Part shown: positions 26,303-32,644 of the stretch, in pieces
Layout: each line of letters starts with the position of its first letter
Numbering within the stretch: the stretch's first letter is position 1
Source of the DNA: Pseudomonadota bacterium
GTDB lineage: Bacteria; Pseudomonadota; Alphaproteobacteria; Micavibrionales; CSBR16-224
Reading direction: 5' to 3'
Length of the DNA: 32,644 nucleotides
Assembly: GCA_051745265.1 (NCBI GenBank)
Contig: JBNJDW010000002.1
Location: forward strand, 1 to 32,644
Notes under the pieces: model-generated
Database searches by the model: none
Told to the model about the DNA's origin: nothing
What the model saw: the letters and a program-made list of their open reading frames with translations, nothing else
Made by a program: the position numbers and the translations under genes

Positions 26303-26833
26303 ATGAAAAAGAGATCAAAACGATTATCCGTGATGCTGTACGCAGCGGCATTTCTGATTATATCCAGTACGGCCTTTACACAGATGAACAATGAACCCTA
26401 CAGCTTTAACAATGCACCGGGTGCCGGTATGAGTGTTGGTGGCAAACAGGCTATTCTGAACGAAAAAATATTCGGTCAAACACCGGATAATCTGGTGCGT
26501 GGCCCGTCCGGCCAATTGCTGGACGTGACCGAAGGGCCCGGTCATTCCGCGATCGTCAGTTATCCGGGCAATGGTGGGTTTATTCCGGGATTCAAAGGCG
26601 CTGATTTTCGCGGCGGAAATGCCGGTATGGCGGCAGGGGCTTTTAATTCCTTTTTCACGCCGTCTTATAATCGTACATCTTACGCCGCCTATTCAGCGCA
26701 GGCGTATTCACAGACAGGTCATGTGGTCAGTTCCTGGACATCGCGGGCGGTGAATGGCCCTGCGGCTTTTACGGGTACGAATTCTATAGAAAGCTGGACG
26801 GGGATGGTGCATTCCCTGCCAGATAATCCTTAA
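26303..26833 (+). CDS. Hypothetical exported low-complexity protein (176 aa)
   Basis: SD AAGGAGG lies 7 nt upstream of the ATG. The signal peptide is KRLSVMLYAAAFLIISSTAFT. The mature N-terminus reads QMNNEPYSF. The central region is rich in Gly/Ala/Ser/Asn and aromatics (GNGGFIPGFKGADFRGGNAGMAAGAFNSFFTPSYNRTSYAAYSAQAYSQ). Confidence 0.65.
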   Translation: MKKRSKRLSVMLYAAAFLIISSTAFTQMNNEPYSFNNAPGAGMSVGGKQAILNEKIFGQTPDNLVRGPSGQLLDVTEGPGHSAIVSYPGNGGFIPGFKGADFRGGNAGMAAGAFNSFFTPSYNRTSYAAYSAQAYSQTGHVVSSWTSRAVNGPAAFTGTNSIESWTGMVHSLPDNP

Positions 26834-26852
26834 TATATCTATGTAAGAAGGA

Positions 26853-27518
26853 TTATACGATTTTTAAGTCTGGAAGCTGTTCATCTTCATAGCCGTTATT
26901 CAAAGCCCAGATTGCAATCTGGGTCCGGTTGGAAACACCAAGCTGTTTAAGGATCTTCTTAATATGAACCTTGACCGTCGCTTCGGCGATATCAAGATCA
27001 TTGGCGATCATTTTATTGGACGCCCCGCTGACAAGCTTTTTGATGATTTCCTGTTCCCGCATGGAAAACCCCTGTACCGACACCGGGGTGGGATTATTAA
27101 GGCCGATAGTGTAACGGGTCAGCTCTGTTGCAAAACAGCCCGGCAAAACTTTTTCGCCAAGAAGGATTAACTGTAATGATTTTTTCAAGGCAGAGGGCGG
27201 CGTGTCATTCATCAGATATCCATCTGTACCGGCCGCAAAAGCCGCGCAGATTGTCTCCAGCCTTGAACACCCGGCCAAGGTCACAATGTAGCTTTGCGGG
27301 AACGTGTCTTTGACAGTTTTAATCGTCGTTTCCGGCTTGGGTGTATCGGAGATTTCACCAATGATGAATAAGGTGCAGGATTGATGTTCAACGGCTGGGT
27401 GGAGGTCTTCTAAACTTTTAAAGTCACCAATGATTTGATAGCCTTCTTCGTCTAAAAGGGCTTTTAATCCTTCTTTGGTCAGGGCGTTCTTCTCCAATAT
27501 GCAAACTGTGTTTGTCAT
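26853..27518 (-). CDS. LuxR/FixJ-type transcriptional regulator with degenerate receiver domain (CsgD-like architecture)
   Basis: 221 aa. The C-terminal LuxR HTH reads FSMREQEIIKKLVSGASNKMIANDLDIAEATVKVHIKKILKQLGVSNRTQIA. The N-terminal REC-like fold has substitutions at the acidic pair (E-K for D-D), the phospho-acceptor (LFIIGE for LxxxD) and the conserved Lys (N). Confidence 0.85.
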   Translation of the reverse strand: MTNTVCILEKNALTKEGLKALLDEEGYQIIGDFKSLEDLHPAVEHQSCTLFIIGEISDTPKPETTIKTVKDTFPQSYIVTLAGCSRLETICAAFAAGTDGYLMNDTPPSALKKSLQLILLGEKVLPGCFATELTRYTIGLNNPTPVSVQGFSMREQEIIKKLVSGASNKMIANDLDIAEATVKVHIKKILKQLGVSNRTQIAIWALNNGYEDEQLPDLKIV

Positions 27519-27626
27519 GCGTATTCCTAATATGAATGGAATTAAATATTAAATATATGAGTGAGCAAATAGATTTTGCGTGTCACAGGTTCCGTCAAAA
27601 CGCTTAAAGGTTGAAGCCAGATGTGT

Positions 27627-28457
27627 TTATCCCGCCTGCATATCCATGCGTCGCTGTAATTGCAGATACCAGCGATAGGCAATCCAGACAGCCGCGGTCA
27701 GATAAGGCAGGGCGCCCATGACCCACATGATCAGCCCGGCGAGCTGTTGATCGGACAGGTTTCTTGAAGCCCCGTAAAGCGGTTCCGGCGAAAAGGTTAA
27801 AAGCGCGCCCAGAAAGCCGGTGTGCATTAAGGTGAACAGCACGGCCAGCAAGGCCCAGGGGGCGCGATATCGGGTGCTTTTTAATACAGCCCACCAGAAT
27901 AAACCGGCACTCAGCAGGAAACAGGCATGTTCAAATATATGCCACCAGGGATTTTCTAACGCCAGTGTATAGAAATAAGGCAGATGCCAGAACCAGATCA
28001 CCGCGCCATGAATATAGGCGGTTATCATCGGATGATGGGTCAATCTGAGCAATGGTTTGGCAATCCAGATGATGATTGTGCCGCCACCGGTGATCATTTG
28101 GGGCAGAGGGCGGCTCAGCACCCAGAGCGGGGCGATGATCACCATTAATAACATATGCTGGGTCATATGGGCCGCTTCATTGGTTTCGGCCCATTCATCA
28201 AGCGGTCCTAAAACGGCAAACGCACATAGGATCAGGGCGGCATGAAAACACAATATCCGCAAAGCATCTGGCGGTTTACGTTTGGCGCCTGTCAGGTAAA
28301 TCCCCCAGAACAGAGCCAGCAGAAAAATGCTGATAAAAGCGGAGATCTTTTCCGGCCCGTTATTTGAGGTCAGTGGGCTGTGGGCCATGGCCGCCTGACT
28401 GTAAAGCAGGCCAAATCCAAGGATCAGTATGGAAAGGCTGGTTTTGATCACAAGCAT
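27627..28457 (-). CDS. ctaG: Cytochrome c oxidase assembly factor, Caa3-type CtaG family membrane protein
   Basis: The ORF track starts at 28592, overlapping the upstream gene. ATG 28457 (MLVIKTSLSIL...) gives 276 aa. The protein is polytopic and carries the family-typical AHMTQHMLLMVIIAPLWVLSRPLP segment. Confidence 0.75.
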   Translation of the reverse strand: MLVIKTSLSILILGFGLLYSQAAMAHSPLTSNNGPEKISAFISIFLLALFWGIYLTGAKRKPPDALRILCFHAALILCAFAVLGPLDEWAETNEAAHMTQHMLLMVIIAPLWVLSRPLPQMITGGGTIIIWIAKPLLRLTHHPMITAYIHGAVIWFWHLPYFYTLALENPWWHIFEHACFLLSAGLFWWAVLKSTRYRAPWALLAVLFTLMHTGFLGALLTFSPEPLYGASRNLSDQQLAGLIMWVMGALPYLTAAVWIAYRWYLQLQRRMDMQAG

Positions 28458-28798
28458 GGCGGTAACAAGAGTGTCGGCAGGCCGATGGCCAGGGTGGCAA
28501 TAGCTGCGGCCAGATAAAGGGCCGCAGAAACATGTAAGGTAAAGGCATGCTGTCTGATATGTTTTCCGGTTGGTTTCGGGCTGCGCCAACAACGAAAGGA
28601 CAAAGTGAGCAGCACGGCAAAAATCAGCACCGTAAAGATTAGCAGGACAATATTAATCCAGCTTAGCGGTCCAAGGCTTGTCGGGGATGAAGTGATCTGA
28701 CAGGCCACTGACAAGCCGCCATAGATGGTAATGAACCAGAGGCTCCAGATTATCAGCCCGATCATCAGATGCAGCGGATGCGTAAAAGCGAATTTCAT
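28448..28798 (-). CDS. Hypothetical 3-TM membrane protein within the oxidase operon
   Basis: ATG 28798 forms an ATGA overlap with the stop of the CoxI/III gene. The product is 116 aa (MKFAFTHPLHLMIGL...) with three hydrophobic helices. I recognised no family. Confidence 0.55.
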   Translation of the reverse strand: MKFAFTHPLHLMIGLIIWSLWFITIYGGLSVACQITSSPTSLGPLSWINIVLLIFTVLIFAVLLTLSFRCWRSPKPTGKHIRQHAFTLHVSAALYLAAAIATLAIGLPTLLLPPCL

Positions 28799-31302
28799 AC
28801 GACCTCCCATGCCATGGGTAACAACAGCACAAAGGCAGCAACAGCCGTCCAGAATATGCCCAGCGTATAAAGCCAGAACAAGCGCAGCACGACCGGTTCA
28901 TAGGGCAGGCCTGCACCGACATAGCCAAACCTGACCCGGCAGGCCTGCATAACGGTCAGGATCACCGAAAATCCACTATGTATAAGCAGGTAATAAAACA
29001 TAACGCTGAGCACGGAATCATGCGCTGTTTGCGTGGGCTGAAGATCGGCGCCGATAAAAACCCATACCAGCAGAATAAAGTGAAGCAGTCCTAATCCTGC
29101 GATCATAGAGAACCGAGAACCAAGGCCATCGGCCTTGCCCTGCTTTAAATTTCTCACGGTTCGTGTATACAGCCAAGTGGCAAGGCTGAGTATAATACCG
29201 CTACCGAGCAAGGCGATAAAATCAATCGGGCTGTCTGAAGGCGCCGCCCATAAAGGTGCCACCGTCCATAAATACAGCCATCCGAACAACAGGGATAAAT
29301 ACAGTGTTCCATTTGCCAGTAAGGCTGTGCCCATCCCCCATAATCCGGGGCCGCTGACAGTGCGCGAATGTAATGGCGGGTGGGTTGGCTCATCCTTGGT
29401 CACCGGCGCTGCCACCGGATGCGCGCCGTTCTGCCAGCTCCAGCGTAACAGCAGGAAAACCGATAGGGCGGTGGCAAACAGGGCGAGGATATATGTTTTG
29501 AATAACAGGCTGAGGCAGAGCGCCGCCAAAGCAAGCCCGGCTTGAAAAGGCAGCCAAGAATTGGTCGGTAGATGAATAATTTCCTGAATACGGCCCGTGA
29601 CCGGATTGGATCCGATTGTCTCCCGCCGGCCATGCTCAGCACTGGCCAGATGGTGTTTTCCGGCTGCCATGTTTTCCGGCAAGTCGGCTTGATCCCAGAG
29701 CGGATGACGGCTTTTTAGTGTCGGCAGGCTGGTGAAATTATAATTATTGGGTGGTATCGGCGTGGCCCATTCCAGCGTATCGGCATGCCACGGGTTTGGT
29801 TTCGCTGATTTACCAAAACGGAAATGCAGAATGAAATCAAGCAGGATAACCGCAATGCCCAGAGCCATGACAAAACCGCCGATTGAGGACAGAAGGTTCA
29901 GGTGGCTCCAGCCTATATCGGCTTCATATGTATAGCTGCGCCGCGGCATACCCAGAAGGCCGGTCACATGCATAAGAAGGAAGGTCAGGTTAAAGCCGCC
30001 AAAGGTCAGCCAGAATCCAAGCCGTCCCAATTTTTCAGAGGAGACCCGGCCCGAGAAATGCGGCAGCCAGTAATAAAGCCCGGCCATCAGCGGGAAAAAC
30101 ATGCCGCCGACCAGAACATAATGCATATGGGCGACGACAAAATGGGTATCATGAACCTGCCAGTTAAACGGCACCAGCGCCAGCATAACGCCGGTCAGCC
30201 CCCCGGCAACAAAGATGACCAGAAAGCCGAATATCCACAACATTGGCAAGCTGTATCTGACGCGCCCGGTCCAAAGCGTACCCAGCCAGGCAAACAGCTG
30301 AATACCCGTGGGCACGGCAATCATCATACTGGCGACCGAGAAAAAGGCCTGCGCTAGCTGCGGTATACCTACGGTAAACATGTGATGGACCCAAAGCCCG
30401 AAACTAATAAATCCGGTAAGGATGATCGACAGGACAATCCAGCGATATCCCAGAATAGGACGATTGGCAAAGACCGGAATCAAGGTCGAGACAATGCCGG
30501 CGGCCGGCAGAAATAAAAGATAAACCTCAGGATGGCCGAACAGCCAGAACAGATGCTGCCAGAGCAGGGGATCCCCGCCGCCGTCAACATCGAAAAAGAT
30601 CATGCCCGCGGCCCGTTCAAGTTCCAGCAGAATACTGGCCAGAATCAGCGGTGGAAAACCGAAAATAATCATCAATGACATGGCCAGAATATACCAGCAG
30701 AAGATCGGCATTTGACGCAGATTCATACCGTCTGTCCGGCTGCGCATGATGGAGACGAACAGTTCGACCCCGGCTGAAATCGCTGAAATTTCGACAAAGG
30801 TAATCCCCAGCAGCCAGAAATCAGCACCCCTATCCGGCGAATATGTTGCGCCGCTTAAGGGTGTATACATGAACCAGCCGGTATCGGGTGCAGCGCCGAA
30901 AAACAGGCTGGAAAGAATGATCAGCCCGCCAAACAGATAACAGAAATAGCCAAAGGCACTTAACCGTGGAAAGACCAGATCACGCGCACCGATCATTTTG
31001 GGGATCAGATACATTGATAAGCCTTCGAGCACCGGAATGGCAAACAAAAACATCATCACCGTGCCATGCATGGTAAAGGCCTGACTGTAAAATTCGGCGG
31101 TCACAATGTCTTGATTGGGCTGCGCCAGTTGCGTGCGCATCAGCATGGCCAGCAGACCGCCAACCAGAAAGAAACACATGCCGGTGATCATAAAACGTAT
31201 ACCCACCGTGGTATGGTTGACCGCCGCCAGCCGGCCCCATCCGGGCAGGTTGGCCCAGACCTGATCAAGGTTTTTATGCGGTTTTTGGGCGCTGTTATTC
31301 AT
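28795..31302 (-). CDS. ctaD: Haem-copper oxidase subunit I fused to a subunit III-like C-terminal domain
   Basis: 835 aa. Subunit I signatures are present: NHTTVG, WLFGHPEVYLLFLP, WVHHMFTVG and HDTHFVVAHMHYVL. Beyond about aa 550 a further ~280-aa polytopic domain has the size and hydrophobicity of subunit III. The gene overlaps coxII by 8 nt. Confidence 0.9.
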   Translation of the reverse strand: MNNSAQKPHKNLDQVWANLPGWGRLAAVNHTTVGIRFMITGMCFFLVGGLLAMLMRTQLAQPNQDIVTAEFYSQAFTMHGTVMMFLFAIPVLEGLSMYLIPKMIGARDLVFPRLSAFGYFCYLFGGLIILSSLFFGAAPDTGWFMYTPLSGATYSPDRGADFWLLGITFVEISAISAGVELFVSIMRSRTDGMNLRQMPIFCWYILAMSLMIIFGFPPLILASILLELERAAGMIFFDVDGGGDPLLWQHLFWLFGHPEVYLLFLPAAGIVSTLIPVFANRPILGYRWIVLSIILTGFISFGLWVHHMFTVGIPQLAQAFFSVASMMIAVPTGIQLFAWLGTLWTGRVRYSLPMLWIFGFLVIFVAGGLTGVMLALVPFNWQVHDTHFVVAHMHYVLVGGMFFPLMAGLYYWLPHFSGRVSSEKLGRLGFWLTFGGFNLTFLLMHVTGLLGMPRRSYTYEADIGWSHLNLLSSIGGFVMALGIAVILLDFILHFRFGKSAKPNPWHADTLEWATPIPPNNYNFTSLPTLKSRHPLWDQADLPENMAAGKHHLASAEHGRRETIGSNPVTGRIQEIIHLPTNSWLPFQAGLALAALCLSLLFKTYILALFATALSVFLLLRWSWQNGAHPVAAPVTKDEPTHPPLHSRTVSGPGLWGMGTALLANGTLYLSLLFGWLYLWTVAPLWAAPSDSPIDFIALLGSGIILSLATWLYTRTVRNLKQGKADGLGSRFSMIAGLGLLHFILLVWVFIGADLQPTQTAHDSVLSVMFYYLLIHSGFSVILTVMQACRVRFGYVGAGLPYEPVVLRLFWLYTLGIFWTAVAAFVLLLPMAWEVV

Positions 31303-31954
31303 TTTGCCTGTCCTTTAACCATCTTTCGAAATCTTCCGGCGTATGGGCTTTGACAGTGAATTTCATATGGGCGTGATCAACGCCGCAGAATTCGGCGCAT
31401 TGTCCACCATACAGGCCCGGCTGATCGGCTTCAATACGCAGGGTATTTACGCGGCCGGGGATGGTGTCCATTTTACCGGCCATACGCGGTATCCAGAAAG
31501 AATGAATAACATCGGCTGTTGTCAGGTTTATATTCACCGGCACCCCGGCCGGAATATGCAGTTCGTCAATAAGTTCGATACCAGTGCCCGGATAGCTGAC
31601 CTCCCACTGCCATTGTCGGCCTGTGATATCTATCTGCAATACATCGCCTTCCGCCGAAGGCAGGGGCAGCATTCTGTGCCCGGCGGGGATGCCGAAAAAC
31701 AGGATGATAATAATACTGATCACAGGTAAAACGATGCCACCTCCCAAAATCCATCGGTTTTGGATCTTTCGGGCTTCGGTATCATGAATTATCCGTTTTG
31801 GATCGCGGCGCAACGCATAAACCCATAAAGCAATAACAAGGACCAGTACCAGCGTAAAGAATGCAAACATACCCCACCATAGAAAAGCTGCATCCTGTGC
31901 GGCGGGTCCGGCAGGGTCCAGCATGGAATAAGGGCCGCTACAGGCGGTGAGCAT
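31295..31954 (-). CDS. Cytochrome c oxidase subunit II (CuA cupredoxin; no fused cytochrome c domain)
   Basis: The 441-aa ORF in the track is mostly a spurious N-terminal extension. The first plausible canonical start is ATG 31954 (MLTACSGPYSMLDPAGP...), giving 219 aa. There are two TM helices and the CuA motif HSFWIP...CAEFCGVDHAHM. The true start may lie further upstream (see findings). Confidence 0.82.
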   Translation of the reverse strand: MLTACSGPYSMLDPAGPAAQDAAFLWWGMFAFFTLVLVLVIALWVYALRRDPKRIIHDTEARKIQNRWILGGGIVLPVISIIIILFFGIPAGHRMLPLPSAEGDVLQIDITGRQWQWEVSYPGTGIELIDELHIPAGVPVNINLTTADVIHSFWIPRMAGKMDTIPGRVNTLRIEADQPGLYGGQCAEFCGVDHAHMKFTVKAHTPEDFERWLKDRQNE

Positions 31955-32032
31955 GAAAAAACTGGAAATAATTGTCAGGACTGATAGTCTTTTTGTCGAC
32001 TGCTCTGAAATGCGAAAGATCTGAGGTAAATC

Positions 32033-32485
32033 ATGGAGCTGGAACCCATTGACAGCCGGATGTCGATACGGGGACACCCGATCCATTCCATGCTGGTGCA
32101 CTTCCCTGTGGCAGCGCTTTTGGGATTGATCGCAACGGATGGTGCCTTTCTTTATACTCAGGATTTTTTCTGGGCCCGGGCCAGCCTTTGGTTGGCGGGG
32201 GTTGGCGCAATCGGTGGCTGGATTTCCGGTCTGGTTGGTTTTATTGATCTTGTCAGTGTGCGCAATATCCGCCGTCTTATTACAGGCTGGTGCCATGCGG
32301 TGCTTGCCGTTTTGCTGTTGTCGCTGGCCTCGTTTAACTGGTTGCTGCGTGTCGGTGATGCCGGTGCATCGATTATGCCGATGGGCTTTTATATCTCGTT
32401 GTTGTCCGGTTTTGTCATGGCGGTGACCGCCAATCTTGGCGGGCGTCTGGTCTATGAGCATGCCGTCGGTGTGAAAACGGAATAA
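32033..32485 (+). CDS. DUF2231 domain membrane protein
   Basis: 150 aa. The N-terminal HPIHSMLVHFPVAALL motif and four TM helices are typical of DUF2231. SD GAGG lies upstream of ATG 32033. An alternative start is M10 at 32060. Confidence 0.7.
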   Translation: MELEPIDSRMSIRGHPIHSMLVHFPVAALLGLIATDGAFLYTQDFFWARASLWLAGVGAIGGWISGLVGFIDLVSVRNIRRLITGWCHAVLAVLLLSLASFNWLLRVGDAGASIMPMGFYISLLSGFVMAVTANLGGRLVYEHAVGVKTE

Positions 32486-32506
32486 GCCTGTCGCGGCTGT
32501 TTTTTT
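32485..32506 (+). terminator. Weak terminator-like element after the DUF2231 gene
   Basis: A short stem AGCC / GGCT with a 6-nt loop is followed by GTTTTTTT. The stem is only 4 bp, so support is weak. Confidence 0.25.
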
Positions 32507-32529
32507 GACGGCGCGATGTATAAGCTGCA

Positions 32530-32643
32530 TCAGAGCCCTCCAAAATCCGGTTTGGCCAAAACGATCCAGAGGATCATACCGATCAGTGTTATAAAAATGA
32601 TTTCCAGTAACCAGCACCATAAAGTGACCGGTTTTTCAGGGTG
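32530..32643 (-). CDS. Possible 3' end of a membrane-protein gene entering from the right edge (partial)
   Basis: A minus-strand frame open from the window edge reads HPEKPVTLWCWLLEIIFITLIGMILWIVLAKPDFGGL and stops at TGA (32530-32532). It forms one clean TM helix. It is too short to assign, and it competes with the spurious 441-aa frame. Confidence 0.25.
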   Translation of the reverse strand, partial: HPEKPVTLWCWLLEIIFITLIGMILWIVLAKPDFGGL

Positions 32644-32644
32644 A

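Noticed and set aside
28458-28592. 45-codon N-terminal extension of the CtaG ORF, plus ORFs 28360-28620 and 28653-28928
   Set aside because: They overlap the 116-aa membrane protein gene and the CoxI/III 3' end in other frames. ATG 28457 gives a sensible membrane N-terminus.
31955-32620. 222-codon N-terminal extension of the CoxII ORF (441-aa track entry)
   Set aside because: Most of it is antisense to the DUF2231 gene and is Arg/Gln/His-rich nonsense. Only the last ~20 codons, which encode the lipoprotein signal, look meaningful, and those are discussed as a finding.

Overview
This 32.6-kb window looks like an ordinary chromosomal segment of a Gram-negative bacterium. Gene content suggests a marine alphaproteobacterium-like organism, but that is a guess from protein flavour and no search was run. 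I support about 30 protein-coding genes. By eye I found no rRNA, tRNA, CRISPR array, transposase or integrase.

Layout, left to right:
1. A YfiR-like periplasmic protein diverges from a TonB-dependent receptor.
2. A YrhK-like small membrane protein and an ABC-F ATPase follow.
3. A trio joined by ATGA start/stop overlaps: YaiI/DUF188, a membrane protein and a saccharopine-dehydrogenase-like protein.
4. A copper/silver efflux pair cusB-cusA, preceded by an orphan exported protein. There is no cusC or cusF.
5. A five-gene minus-strand module: M20 amidohydrolase, EctC-type cupin, AsnC/Lrp regulator, aldehyde dehydrogenase and class-III aminotransferase. It resembles the ectoine-catabolic doeXCD/asnC-ssd-atf block, but an EctC + M20 pair sits where the usual hydrolase/deacetylase pair would be.
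6. A Cu(I) P1B-type ATPase with no classical HMA domain.
7. A translationally coupled ATP-grasp ligase + CocE/NonD (S15) hydrolase pair.
8. A CsgG-centred secretion locus. It holds the CsgG lipoprotein, an extremely acidic 341-aa repeat protein, two small exported proteins that share a mature N-terminal motif, and a CsgD-like LuxR regulator with a degenerate receiver. I see no recognisable curlin, CsgE or typical CsgF. This is my best candidate for an undescribed system.
9. A haem-copper oxidase operon: CoxII, a fused CoxI+III, a small membrane protein and a Caa3-type CtaG. A divergent DUF2231 protein lies next to it.

All family calls rest on motif recognition from the translated ORFs. No database search was possible.
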